Shown: positions 1-14,000 of the stretch, one piece after another | How positions within the stretch are numbered: the first letter of the stretch is position 1 | Layout of the letters: every line of letters starts with the position of its first letter | From: Monocercomonoides exilis PA203 | Taxonomy: Eukaryota > Protista > Preaxostyla | Direction of reading: 5' to 3' | Assembly: GCA_001643675.2 (NCBI GenBank) | Contig: LSRY02000004.1 | Coordinates: 1,612,001 to 1,676,000, forward strand | DNA: 64,000 bases | The notes under the pieces: generated by a model | The model's input: only the letters and a program-made list of their open reading frames with translations | What the model was told of the DNA's origin: nothing | Database searches by the model: none | Made by a program: the position numbers and the translations under genes

Positions 1-2
1 CC

Positions 3-302
3 ATTCCATCTTCTCCCTCGTTTGGGGCTTCCTCATCTTCATCAGCTGCAGCCTCCTCATCTTCTTCTGCTCCTGTTGGAGTTCAGCAGACAGACCCAAC
101 CTCTCCACGAAGCATCTGCTCGAAGGCAACAACTTCTTCAGGGAATCCGAGACTGACACAGCTGAGAGAAAGGCTAAGAGAAGAGTTTCTGGTGGGTCTT
201 CCCCTTCTTATCCAGATGGATGGAACTGAAATAACTGCAGAGGAAAAGGTGCTTGCTATCAACCACAAATCTCTCTCTTCATATATTCCTCCACGTGTTT
301 GA
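3..302 (+). CDS. 3' end of a Ser-rich hypothetical protein (partial, starts before window)
   Basis: Frame 3 is open from the window start (IPSSPSFGASSSSSAAASS...EEKVLAINHKSLSSYIPPRV) to TGA at 300-302, then composition drops abruptly to AT-rich intergenic DNA. Confidence 0.7.
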   Translation: MPSSPSFGASSSSSAAASSSSSAPVGVQQTDPTSPRSICSKATTSSGNPRLTQLRERLREEFLVGLPLLIQMDGTEITAEEKVLAINHKSLSSYIPPRV

Positions 303-1152
303 ATATAAAATAATTTCTAGATTTTTTCTTTAATTAAAATGAAAAAAAACATTTTAAAAATCAAAATTATTTCAAATGTTTTGATATTATTTTGACTTTC
401 CACAATAATTCAGTGATTTTGTTGTCTCATCCTTCTTTTGTTATTTTTTCATTATTCCACTCATTTCATAAATGATTTTCTTTGCGTTTATTTTTTTTAA
501 ATTTTTGTTGTTCTTTGATGTTATGCGACTTTGAAATATACTTGAATAAAAACTGAAAAAAGAAATGAAAAAGAAAAATGAAAGTCAACCTCAGGAAATA
601 ATATCTGATAAGTGGAAAACAAAAGAAAATTAATTCAAAAATGAAAAACAAAAACTCAAATAAAAAATAAAAAGTTTACATTTTAAGAACAATTCCAAAG
701 TGAACTGATAAAAGAAAACAAAAACTTATTCATTCAAAAAACAGTAACGAAAATGCAATGATAGAAAAAGCTCAAAAAATCTTTCAAATAATCAATAAAC
801 AGATAAATATAATATCAATGTTAACCCACACACATAGAAAATCGAACACTGTACAAAAAAAATACCATTTTCAAATTTTTTGTGGAAAAACTTAAAAATA
901 TCCAAAAAAATACTTAAAAAACAAAAAACACAAAACATTAAAAAAGCGATACATGTTTCTACTCAAATATTTTCGAAGATTACATAATTCAAAGCTTTAA
1001 CGAAAAAATGAAACATAACTATTCAAATGTGCATATAACTAATTCCTTTTTATTTTTATTTTGTATTTAATATTCTTTTATTAAATAATTTCAATTCTCC
1101 GTAATTTAGCAACAAAAAGTGCTTTTCAGTTTTGTTGAATTATTACCAATGT

Positions 1153-3451
1153 TCATTTCGTAGCCTGTTTCATACGATTCTCCTTGACTCTCCTTTCCTT
1201 CCTCTGCTTTGCCTTATTTGGAGGAATAACCAGCGGCACATCTTCCGGCTTTAGCTTCACAAAGTGCTCGTCAATCGGCAGAGTCACAGGCTCTGGCGTT
1301 GTCACACGGAGAGGGCAGTTCTTCTGCACATGGCCTGCTTTCTTGCACAGAAAACAGACTCTTCTGTCTTCGTTGGGGCAGTCGCGGGAGATGTGGCCCA
1401 TCTGTCCGCATTTGTAGCACGCGGCTCGTGTGAGCACCTCGTCTTTAGAGCGGAAAGGGCAGTCTTCGAAAGAATGGCCGACCGCAGAGCAGCGAAAACA
1501 GCGGATGCTTCTGAAAAAGGAAACAAACGAATTGTATCAAACACAAAAAATTAAAGAAAGAAAAGAAAAGAAAAGAAAAATGAATTTTCAAAATTATCAA
1601 AAATGAAATTGACATTTCAATGATTCAGAGATGGTTTGAATAAAAAAAATGAACAAAATCCACGATATCACGATGAAACAAAAATTATAGAAAAATGTAT
1701 CTCAGCATACGGTTGGCTCTGAATAATCGGAATTGGAGAAATTGGTTTCGGAGGCAATTTCGGTAGTTGCAGAGGCAAACCATCGGAAACATAGCCAAAA
1801 AATGGTTTTTTTCTCAGATGTGATGGGTCATCCTTTGAATTATCATCAGAATTGGAAGGTGTTGAATGATTAGGTGCAGTTTGTGGTGTTGCTGAATTAG
1901 ACGGACTCAAAAAAACAGACTGAGGTTGCGTATTGACTTGTGATAAAGAGCGTTGCTGTGGTGTTGATGATGTTAATGCCTTTTCTGTTGAAATGAGGCA
2001 GAATCCATTGAAGCTCGAGCTTTGTCTGTTGAATTGAGAGTTAACATCACCAAGTTTTGTTGATATGCTATTTGAAGAATTAAAACTGTTGTTACGTTCT
2101 TGAAGACGCTGGTCCAAATAAGTGTTGTTTGTGATGTTTTGACAAATTGGTCTTTCTTGTTGGATGAAAGAAGGCGGCTGTTCTGCCGATGAAATCATGC
2201 AGAATGGCTGATTCTGTGTTACATTCGAAGGAATATTCTGTTCCAGTGGATCTTTCGCAACTGAACTATTTTGAACTGATGATGAAAACGATGATGATGA
2301 TGATGGGGCAAAAGGCGCAGGAACAAGAAGTTGACTGTTAGGCATGAATGCTTGCTGAAAGCTCGGAGGATATGACAGCTGAGCGCTGTGGCCACGAGAA
2401 AGCGTTGCGCTTGGTGAAACAATAGTTGATGAAACTGATCCAATTTGAGACTTTTCCAAAGATGTCACAGCAGAAAAGGAAGGAGGTAACATTTGTGCTT
2501 GATATGGTTGAGTTGGAGGGACAGTTTTTGATTGAAAAGCAGAAGATGATTGATGAAATGTTTGATTAAAAGGAACAATTGGTTGGGTGTTGGAATAATG
2601 AAGATCATGAAATGGATGTGACGGTTGAGGAGCAGGCAATGAATTGTGGTGGATAGCTGATTCATTGTAGTTAAATTGTGTTAATGTTCGATTTGGGACT
2701 GGAAATGTGAGCGATGGCTGCATTAAAGAAGGAGTTGCATATGAAGCAGAAGATTGTTGAGTAATATTGCTTGAATGTTCTGTTTGTGGATGCGCAACAA
2801 TTGCATTCTGAGATGAAGGAGATGGATGAGATGGATGAGACGGAGCGAGAATATCTTCAGTAAATGAAGAGTAAAGCATTTCAGTCTCCTGAATTGTCAT
2901 GTTATCTTTTGACTTTTCATTGTCATTGTCATTGTCAATGCGCATAGAATCCTTCAACCCGTTCTCAATCTGTTCTCCTCCTTCCTTCACCTCATTCAAC
3001 GAACCTTCTCTTTCACTCCTTCCAATTTGACTCTCTGCCATGGAAATGTCATTCAGTGGGTCGTATTCTTCCTCTTTCAACTTCGTCGTTTCAATCAGCA
3101 CAGTCGATTGCGAGTGCAGAGGGGGAGTCGCAGGCGCTTTGTGTGAAGGTGGAGGAAGGCGGGTGTTGTTGTGCTGCACAAAGGAGTCGGCAAGGAGCGG
3201 GGTTGCAAATGATGATTGTGATGAGGGAGAAAATTTTGAAGAACGAGAAGAAAATGAAGAGCTAAAAGAGTTAAAAGTGTTTGATTGATGCTTTTCGGTT
3301 GGCAAAGCAAAAGTGTCATTGAAAGCAGGTGTTTGCGAATGATACGAAAGAAATGTTTCTGTTATAAAAGGAGTTGCAGTTGATAAAGGAGGTAAAATTA
3401 CTTCTTCTTTTTCACTTTTATTTGAAAGTGAAGAACATGAAGTGAATAGAG

Positions 3452-3482
<31 letters not shown>

Positions 3483-5957
3483 TGTCGAGGCAGAAGAAGA
3501 ACTGGCGTTCGACGGAGAAATCTCTTCAGAGGATTCAGTGTGTTCCGTGTTATCTGATAAACCAGCAGAACTTTGAGAAAGCGTAGATTGGGCAAATGAA
3601 GAAGAAGAGGAAGGAGAGGAAGAAGGAGAGGATGATGAAGGTGAAGAAGCTGGAGTTGAAGTCAGTGACGAAATGAATGAAGACGTTAGAGAAGACGAAG
3701 AGAACTCAGAAACAGCATGTGATTCTGCTTGAGAAAGGATTGAAACTGTGCGGTGATTCTGACCTTCAGCCCGAGAGGATGATAATGGTTCAATGATAAA
3801 CGTGACATTCGGTGCAAGTAGTGATGATGCAATAGGCGCATCTGGTGCTGAAAAAGTTGGAGGAAATAGATCACATGCTTGCTTGTGGCTGTAAAATGGA
3901 GTAATTGAATGAGCTTCGCTGGAGGAGTTTGAAATTACTTTTTCTTTGTCAGGAGAAGGAAGAGAAGAAGAAGTGGATAGGAAAGACAGCGTGCGAGCTT
4001 TAAGAAGAGAAGCATCTTTTTCCAACTTGCAGTCTTTCCGAGCAGACTCCGATGATTCCTCTGTTTTGTTTTCTTGACAAAATTTTTCATCTTTGCTTAA
4101 ATTCCACTGAAGGGCTGGCAGCTGATGAACTTCTGTTTGTGAAGATTGTGCTGAAGGAGCGATTGTTTGAACAGCATCCAAAACTATTTGACTGTCTGAA
4201 AGCAATGAAGGCTTCTCCAACTTGATCGCTTCGTTCTTCGCTGTTTTCTCAGGCAAAAGTTTCAAGTCAATGTTCACTGGAGATGTTGGAGCAAGCTGCA
4301 AGTCAGGCAAAGAGGCTGTTGAATCAGAGGCAATGATGTTCAGTGAATGCTCCTGCGATGGCTCGATCTCTGAGTTGTTCGGGAAGAAGTTGTGGGGGCT
4401 GTCTGTCTTCCGGAATTCATTGGCGCTTCCGCTGTGTGAATGCAGAGCTGACGGCGACTTGGGCAAAAGCGAGTGGAAAGAAGAGTCCAAAAGAGAAGAG
4501 GAACAGTCGCGGCAGATGAGGCACTCGTCAGAAGGGTACTGCAACGAGCGGAAGGAAGGCGAGTCGTTTGAGGAGCAGCAGGAGTTGTAAGAAAATGAGG
4601 ACGTATGATCTGGCGTGTGTGAAGACAGATAACCTGACGCAGCTGGAGAAGAGTTCGACGAGGACTGTGAAAAGGACATGAAGGAATACAATTCGCGGCG
4701 GTCTGAAACGGACTGCGAAAATAGCGACAGCGCCGGAGACTGCATCCCCGAGGCGCTGGGGGTGCTGGGGGCGCTGGACGTGGTGGAAGAAGTGGATGAA
4801 GCAGACGAGGAAGATGTGCTGGAGGTGTCAGAGGACGGAATTTCTATTTGCTGTGCCATGCAAAACTGCTGACCAGGTGCATAAGCGAGGATGTCCAGCT
4901 TATCAGCAAGGCGGGGTTCTGTCTGGTCCATCGACGGGATGAGAGATGAGTCGAGCGAAAAAGAGGAAGGCGCTGGTTCAGAAGGCGCACTTTCGCCAAA
5001 AACGGCTGAGCCGCTGAAAGAAAGATCGTACTCGGGCGAAGTCCCTGTAAACTGCGAATAGGTCAAAGAGGATGCTGTGGAAGTTGGTGGTGATGTTGTT
5101 GGGTTGTAAAATGAAACAGCGATTGCTGGAAGCGAGTATCTCGCCTTAAGCAATTTGCGTGAGGCCAATGAGAAATTTTCTTCATTCTTTGGAAATAGAG
5201 ATGTATTCATTTCATGATTCAAGATGATTTGTGGATTATTTTCATTAATTGTAGTGTCTGGTAAATCATTTGAGAGATGATCATTCATTTCTATTGGTAA
5301 TTGAATGCTTTCTTTTACAAAATTTGTCGAAGGGCTTGAGTTTGGCTTGGCAGTTACTTCGTTTGTTGTTAAAGTGTGAACTGAGTTGTCCAATGAAAAT
5401 TCTGGTTTTGGAATTAAACTTTGTAGCTTTACAAAATCAATAGTTGGCTCAACCATTCCAGATGTTGTCAAAGATTTTTCCATCTCGTTTTTGTTGCTTT
5501 GTTTGTTTTTAAACGATGAAGAATTTGTATTTTTGACACCTGTCTTTTTGGAGAAAAATGAAAAAATGCCAGCTGAAGTATGAAGTGAATAATTTGAATT
5601 TATTGTACTTTTATTCCTATTTTCTTTTCTCTCCTTTTTGGACGAAGAAAAGCCTTGATTTGGTGATTTTGATTCACTGGATGAAGAAGTTGAAAAGGTC
5701 AAAAGAGGATCTTCTGGGACAGGTGGAAAAATAGCAAATCCACTATCCTTATCAAAGCTAAATTTATCCTTCAGTTGTGCCTGATCCTTAAATTGTATGA
5801 TGTTGATTTATATTTTTTAATTTTGCAAATTTTTATTGGTTTCAAAAAAGGAAAGATGTGATATCTTTTTCAAAAAAATAATGCAAACAGAATTTTTATA
5901 TTCATAGGTATCAATATCAGCTTTTTTAGCTCCTTTGATACCTGTTTCACTGGACAT
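1153..5957 (-). CDS. Ser/Pro-rich low-complexity protein with three C-terminal CCHC zinc knuckles; 3 exons (5957-5889, 5786-1711, 1510-1153)
   Basis: The 1344-aa ORF splices in phase (CC|gtatgc...cag|A, intron 1710-1511) to an exon encoding CFRCSAVGHSFEDC, CYKCGQMGHISRDC and CFLCKKAGHVQKNC (CX2CX4HX4C). Probable first exon MSSETGIKGAKKADIDTYEYKNS|gtttgc...aag|DQAQ (phase 0; less certain). Confidence 0.8.
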
Positions 5958-6268
5958 ACATATAAATGAATAAATTAAATATGGAACATAAAATATAAAA
6001 ACGATTAATTTCACAATAGAATAATATTTGACAACTGGCCATCCTTTCAATCTTTTTTGTTTTCTTTTAATAAAAATAAAGCAATTTTACTTTTCTTTAA
6101 TTTTTTTTTCCAAATTTTTTGAAAATATACACTTTGAAGCATCAATTTTCCAAAGTTGATGCTTTTCGATTTCAAATGAAATAACAATGATGAAAAACAA
6201 AAAGAGCATTTTGAAAAAATATGCGAATTGAAAACTGATGAGCTTTATTTTGTTAATGGAATAAATTG

Positions 6269-7677
6269 TCATAAATACCATTTTATAATTGCGAAATATT
6301 CATCGGGATAGGTTGGAAAATAATAATAATTCAACTTTTGGTAAGATAACATTCCATATAAACTTGTAATGAAATCTTCAAATCCTTCTTCTTCCAGCTT
6401 CTCAAGAATCAATCGTTTTTCAGCCAAACGTTTTGAACTGTTATTCAATTCTTCCTTCTTTTCAATAAATGCTTGAAAAATAGCTCCAAAAAATTCTAAG
6501 AATTGCCCATTGCTTACAACATGAAATGTTGGGTAATTCATCTCCTCCAAAATAAATTCTACGGCTTCCATCCTCAAAAAAGCATCCACACCTGCTGTAG
6601 TATTAAGAATCGCTGTTATTACAACATTTCGACACCTTCTGGTTATTCCTTTGTGGTTTTCTTTTGCGAATCTACTCAGCCTCACAACACATGTTATTAA
6701 TTCTTCAATTTTAGTTTCCTTCAAACTTCCGTTTTGTAAATAAAAATTCAGTGAATTGAGCCATCTTTTTAAAACAACTATTTTTAAATTTTTTTCATCT
6801 TTTTTCATCCAATCCACACTCCTCGAAAGCTCTTCCAATTCTCTTGTTGCGTCGTTTAAAAAATGGACTTCACTTGCAGTTGCTGTGTCCAATTCTCTAT
6901 TTCCATGGAATCTGTTTGCAAGAAACTCCCAGGCTGATTGAAAAGCAAGAAGAGTCAAATTGCGATGTTCCTTATGATGTTTTAAAATTTCAGTTATTTC
7001 GCTTAAATAAAGTGATATTTTCATTTTCTAAAAGCAAAGAATAGCTAAGTTAATAAAGAAATTTCAAAAATAACTCACTTTCACTTACATTATCAGAACG
7101 AATGCAACTCAAGGCTAACAATGCCATTTCGACTTCATGTTGCGTTTTTTCATCTTCGTCTGTGTTTTGAGCAACTTTCAAAAGATATGGAACGCAAGGT
7201 GAGAATAATTTTGCATGTGAGTCGCACTCATGAAGTAATAAATAACATTCGCAAAGATCAACAATCAACTTTTCATTTATTTCTTTTCTTTTTTTCTTTT
7301 CAATGCAAATTTCATTTTCAAATCTTTCGCACAACGAAGAATGTTCAAAGCAACCTGTCCAAAACCATTTTATCTCTTTGCAATATCCAATGTGCTTCAG
7401 CAATAAAATAGCATTTCCCATCGATAAAATCTTTTCTTCGAGCATTTTTTCAATTTCTTTGAATACTTCGTCAAAGTGAATTGATTTTAGACAAACACCA
7501 TCCGTTTCATCCATGAATTTACATATTTCTTCAATTTTTTGTATTTGTTCATCTTCATTACAAAATCTCAATTGAAATATCATATCTACAACAGAAGAGA
7601 ATGAGAAAGTATTTGAAGTTATTCATTTTTTAAAACGTTGTCAAACCTAAATATTTAATTGTCTCAAAAATTTGCAT
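6269..7677 (-). CDS. Lineage-specific alpha-helical (ARM-like) hypothetical protein; 3 exons (7677-7647, 7585-7089, 7027-6269)
   Basis: ORFs 7050-7583 and 6269-7024 are joined in phase by intron gtaagt...tttag (7088-7028). A short first exon MQIFETIKYL G|gtttga...tgtag fits in phase. Motifs DLCECYLLL, EVEMALLALSCI, AFQSAWEFL and C-terminal KLEEEGFED resemble an expanded oxymonad family (from memory, not searched). Confidence 0.75.
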
Positions 7678-8094
7678 TATAGGAAATGAAACAACTTCAA
7701 ATGGGCAAGTAAATATATCCTAAGACAAAGGTGATCCTACTATCCATAAATATAGTTTTCATTTTAAATAATTTTCTTGTATTGATTTGAATCCTTAAAC
7801 TGCAAGTCAAAATCATCTACATACATTAAGTCCAATGCATTCTTTTCAAATTGGTCAAAATGCAAAAGTCAGATTCTCATTATTTTATTTCATTATGTCA
7901 TTTATGAAAGATGTTCGATATTCATTTAGCACCATGATGTTCTCCTTTTTCCCAAAACATTCATTTATCGTCAAGAAGAATTTCATAAAATATCATTAAA
8001 TTGATTTCCTAAAAAAAAAAAACAAGATCAGAAAATGACCCTCAATAATAAATTGAAAATTGATAATTCAAAAACCAAGTATATCGTTGGGGAT

Positions 8095-11000
8095 ATGCTG
8101 TTTGCAGCAATAGCATTGATTGGGCTTGAATGTAAAATTCTGTGCCAGGAATATTTCAATGCTACAGAACGTGAAAGTGTTGGCGCAATCAACAATATTG
8201 AATCAGAGAAATTGATTCCTGCACATGGAAATGATCCACCAGGAGAAAGATCGAGAAGCGAAATTAGCGGAAATATTCGTGGCGAATTGCCTTCTTCATT
8301 CCAAAACAAAAACATGAAGGGAAATTGGGCGATAGATGGAAAAGAGTTCAAAATTGAAGAAAGAACAGAAGGAGGAGAGCATGAATGCAAAAATGATTGC
8401 AATATGAAGGTTCAAAGGCAAATAATGGATGAAAAAACAGGAATTCGGAAGGAAAGCCATTCAAAGGAAAGAGTGTGTTTGATGAAAGGATATTTTAATT
8501 TGAAGAATGCTTCGGTTGGATGGAGAGGATTGGAATTGGAAAGCGTGAAAGGAAAAACAACGATTTTCGGAACAGAAGGAAGCCGAGCTGCTCTGAAGGG
8601 ATGCATGGTTGTGATGAGTTGCTGCACAGCTCTTTTTGAAATGCATGGGGGTTGTGCATTTCTGGAAAACATCACATTGCAAACATCAAGTCCATTTTTG
8701 AGCGAAGTTTCTCCACTTTTCTCATCGAAAGGCACAGCCAACAAGGCATCGGATAAAAGCCTTCTTTGTGTCCGTTTTTCGTGTTTTTCTTCATTTCAGA
8801 TATCTTCGCCTCCATTTCTGGCATCTCGGTTGGTTGAGTGTGCATCACTTGCTGACCTGATATTTTTCAATATTTCAGCATCACCCTTGAAGTGCGCACC
8901 TCCAGCCACTTCCTTATGCGAAACCACATGTTTGATGAGCAGCTGCTCATTCTCATCAGTGTGTGACGTGTATGATGGCGGGATTGTTTATTCGCTTAAC
9001 AACCCTTTGGCATCCTTGACCGCCTCAAATACCTCATTTGTTGGGTGTTGTCGGACAAGAAACGTTAATATTAATGGAACTGCAGAGGCGCCATTAAAGT
9101 TAGGGAGACAAAGTGTGACAGACGATGGAGCTAATTCATTTATTTGGTGTGAATGGAACGGATCGAGAACAACAGGAGAAAGTGACTCGTGGACGGACGG
9201 TATGTCGAGTGGAGGGGCAATATGCATGTATAATGTGGGAAACGGAGGACTTTCTGTTTCGTATTGCTCGTTTAATAATTGTGTTGCATATGCTTATGGC
9301 GGAGGAATCATGTGCTGTTCGATCAGTTCAATATGTATTGAGGATAATGTGTTCAATGCCTGTTTGGCTCAAAATATCTATGGAGGAGGAATGTTCGCTT
9401 CTAGAATTTTAACATGTGCCCGAATCAGTGGATGTGAATTCCAGAATTGTAAAGCAAATAGCCAAGGGGGAGGGCTTTATCTTGATCGTTTTCAGGTTTC
9501 TGGAACAAACTGTATCGGAACAGAAAATGGAGAAGGGGAAAGTGCATGCGTGTTTGACTGCAGTTTCAATTCATGCTCGCTTTCTGACTCATATGGTGGA
9601 GGCATGTATTGCACCAACATTCCTGCTGCATTCAAGATCAAGAATATTAGATTTCTTTTTTGCTCTGCTGTTTCACATGGAGGAGGGTTGCGATTATATA
9701 CAGATAAAACAACAATGCCAATAGATTTGCATTATTGTTATTTTCTTTTCTTCCACGAATGCATATGTTCAGCCAATCCACCATATGGGCATGACATTGC
9801 ATATGCAGATTATCACAAACATTTTTTGGATTCTGGAAATCCGTTCTTCGAGTGCTATTCTACAAACATTGATGATAGAAGAATGTTTTATGAACACTAT
9901 GATGGTACTAATTGGATCCACAAGCACGCAGAAAAGTCTGATTGGCTGAAAGACAAGATGATATATGTGTCAGTGAATGGGAATGACAATTTAGAACAAT
10001 GTGGCGCAAATTCAACAATTCCATGCAAAACAGTAAAGAAGGCGTTTGAAATGAGCGAGATACAAATTAGCTTGACAATCACGCTGATGGAAGGAAATCA
10101 CACAAGCGAGACAACAACAGTTGAGATTGGGACAAAGAAGATTTCAGTCATTGGGAGTGGTAAAGATAAGAGTTCGATTGGAACAGGAGCTCTTTTATCA
10201 ACTGGAGCGCTGTTCAGCGTGTCAACAGGTCACATTGGTTTATTGCACATGAAGGTTGACTGCAACTCAAATGCAAGTCCTTCTTCTCCGAGCGTGGTTG
10301 CGGTATCTGATGGGAGTGGATCTCTTTCATTGGAGGATGTTGTGATCACCACGAGCAAAACAGGAGAATATATGATGTCGTCGTCAGTGTTTGTGGTGCC
10401 GCTGTCGCAGCTGTTGATGGCTGATGCGGAGATCAAAGATATGAATGTCTCAAAATCATTGTTGTCTGAACCAGTTCTGTCTCCTTCTTCATTGTCATCA
10501 TCTGCACTGTATCTGACAGCTTCAGCATCTGGAGATAGCGTGTTGGCAAATGTGAAGGTGAGGAATGTGAGGTTGACTGAAGGGGATGGGGTGGTTGTGG
10601 CAAAGAATGTGAAGGCAGGAGAGACATTTGTGGTCAAGAATGTGACAATCGAAGATTGCGAGTGCATGAACGGGAGTGGTGGTGGGATCAAGGTTGAATT
10701 GTTATCACCTTCAAGCAAGCTTCGTGTTGAATCATCAACAACAATCAAGAGATGCACAAGTGGTAAATATGGGGGAGGGATGATGCTTTGTCTGGCTGAT
10801 GGCTCGCACGACTTCTCAGTTGTGTCAGTTGACTTTTCAGGCTGTATTGCAACATCAGGCGGACATTTTCTTTTTGTGAATGGGAGCAATTCAGCGAGCT
10901 GGGGAATAAGCTCCTCAACGCTGAATGTTCAGCACAACGAATCAAAATACGATGAGCTTGTGGGATATGATCGGAGTGACTCAACAATGGGGATGTTCCC

Positions 11001-14000
11001 GTTGAATGTGTTTCTGGACAGATATCCGGATGCAGCACATGTGGGGAAGGTGAAAGAGAATGGGCTGGGTGGATACAACACTTGGTTTTGCGGGTTTGAC
11101 TATTATCCATGTGCCACCATCACTCACACTGCACAGGCGAGATATTCAGGCACAAACAAAAACATTGAATTGGATTCAGGATTCGAGCTGGTGGAAGAGG
11201 TTGCCATGACGGATGAATATGAATGGGAAATATTTTGTGGCACAAAGGGGATGGAAGTTGGGGTGAAAGCATCAGAGAATTTTGAGTCATCTTGTCTGAT
11301 TGAGGTGTTGAGCAAATGTTCAATAAGAAACATCAAGTTCTGTATTCCATCTGCTCTATCTGGTGCCTCATCGCTGATTTCAACAAACTCCACGCTCTTC
11401 ACACTTGTTGATTGTTCTGTTATTTGTTCATCTGAAGAATCAATTGGATATTGTTTTGTGAAAGTGATTGGTGGGAAACTGAGAATGGAGCAATTTGAAA
11501 TCAGAGAAACTTTGACATTTGAGGGGCATTCGCTGATAGAATTTGTCGAAGGTGTGGAATCGGTTGTGTTTTGTGGATGTGATGTGAATAATGTTGAGAA
11601 TAAAAATGGAAAAGGAGGATGGATGAATGGAGTGGTTGGGGCAGAAAGAGGGGATGGAAGGAATGGAATAATTGTAATTGATGGATGCCTCATAAAGGAG
11701 TGCAGATGCTGTGGAGGAGGAGGAGGAGGGATGTTTGTGAGTGTGAAAGGGGAAGGAAGTATTGTTGTGAATGGGAGTTGTGTGATTGATGGGTGTGAGG
11801 CGAAGAGTTCAGAGGGGAGTGAAAGGAAGAGCGAAGGGAAAGGAGGAGGGATGATGATTGTGATGGAGAGCAGAGATGGTTCATTGAGAATTGAATCAGG
11901 AGTGGAGTTTTCAGTGGAAACAGCAAATCGAGCAAAATATGGGAAGGATGTGTTTGTTCATTGTGGGAGTGGTGTGTTGTTGGAGACAAAAATAAATGCA
12001 ACTTCATTTTCATTTTTTGAGTCAAATATTATTCCATCAGATGTGCTGAAGTTGTGTGGGAGTGAAAACGGGGATGAAAGTGGAGTGATTCCATTGTTTG
12101 TGTATCTGAGTTCAATTGAATTGAAGTTGACTGTTGATGGGAGAGGAGACATTTCATCAGACCACAGCCATTGTGGGTTTGAGGAGTTTGGGTGTGTGAC
12201 GATTGACTATTGTGTGAACCACAGAACCAACTCCAGTCTTCATGAAGTTGAAGTTGCTTCTGAATCATGGATAAAAAGCGAAATGAAAGTGGTTTCATTC
12301 GACGTTAGTGTTTCAGGGAAAGAAGAAGGGACGAAGGTGGTTGTGAGAGATGAAGGATCGATCAATCAAAATCATCTTATTGAGTGCACAAAATCATTTG
12401 AGATGAGTAATTTGGCATTTGTGCTGAGTGAAGAGATGAATGGAAGAAGAAGTGCATTCATCCACTCCTCATTGTCATCAACCATCACATTCATCAGTTG
12501 CTCAGTATCGTTTGCAAATGATGAATTGATTGGATACAATGTGATAAACATTGAGGGAGGAGAACTGATTGTGAATGGATTTGTGATGGAAGGTGGAGTG
12601 ACAATGAATGGGAAATCACCAATAGTGGTCACAAATGGAGTGAAATTGGAGATTGTGAGCAGCCAAATGAGCGATGTGGAAGTGAAAGGAGTAGATGGAG
12701 GATGTTTGAATGTGGAGATGGCGGATAATGGGATTGTGAAATTGGAAGAGTGCAATTTGTCATCAGTGTGTTCAGGTGGAAGTGGGATGAAAGGAGGAGG
12801 GATGAAGATATCAGTGGGGAAGGGAGGGATGTTGGAGATGAAAAATGTGAAGTTATCAGGATGTGTTGTTCCATCAGAGGAGAGTGAAGAGGGAGGAAGA
12901 GGAATTGGAGGAGGGATGTTTGTGAAGCTGCCAGAAGAGATGGGATCATTTGTGATGGAAGGGATGGAATTTGAGGGATGCGATGGGTGGAAAGGGAAGA
13001 AAGTGTTTGTGTCAGGATGGAATCTGAGTGAGATTGTGAAGAAGGAGCATTTGAAATGGGAGATAAAGGAAGAGGAGTTGGGATGGTTGGATGAGCTGTG
13101 TGGATGGGAGAGGAAGACAACAGGAGAGGAGGGATATGTGATTCCACTGGTTGTGTATTTGTGGAGGAACTGGAGTGGGGATGGGTTTGTTGATGGAGAA
13201 GGAGGAGGAGACTTCAGTGGGTGTGGGTTTTGTGAAGCGCCATGTTCATCGATTGATCACTTGATATCACTTCGATATCCAACACTTGGAGAAGGGGAAA
13301 TACACATCAGCATTGTGGGATCAGGATTGCTTCGAAGTTCAATATCATTTTCATTTTCTTCTTCTTCGTCACCAGCTTCACCAGATTCAGAATTGCCAAA
13401 AGTTGTGATAGAGGGAACAAAGAAAGGGACAGCTGTGACGATAAGTGATGAAGATGAGAATGATTTGAATGAATCGATGATATCATCGAATGTGAGTTTG
13501 TCATTTGTCAATGCATCATTCACCAAGCCAAACACAACCACACAGCATGAAATATTTATTGATTCATCGGGAGCAAATTCATGTTTGTCAGTTGCAGATT
13601 GTTCATTTGGCTCATTGAGAGGGATCACAGAGACAGCAGGATATTGCTTGATGAGAGTGAATGGAGGAAGTGTTGTGATTGAGAGGTGTTCCTTGAGTTT
13701 GATTTCAGAGTTGAAAGGGCTGATTGCTTTCAGGCCAAGTGCAGCTGAGGTGACTGTTCAGAATGTGAACATTTCATTTGCCGATGTGAAAGAAAGAAGC
13801 CTGATTTCGATGATGGAAGAGGAAAACCAGATGAATGGAAAGGAAAACACTCATTCAAATGGAAACAAACCAATTTTGAGGATTGCGGGGTGTTCATTCA
13901 CAAATATCACAAACGAAAGAAATGGAGCGAGTGCTGTTGATGTGGGATCGTTTGAGGATGGAGTGGAGTGTGTGATGGATGAGTGTTCGATGACGAGTTG

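Noticed and set aside
1153-1510. CCHC knuckles as retroviral/LTR gag
   Set aside because: There is no protease, RT, integrase or LTR, and the exon splices to a cellular-type gene.
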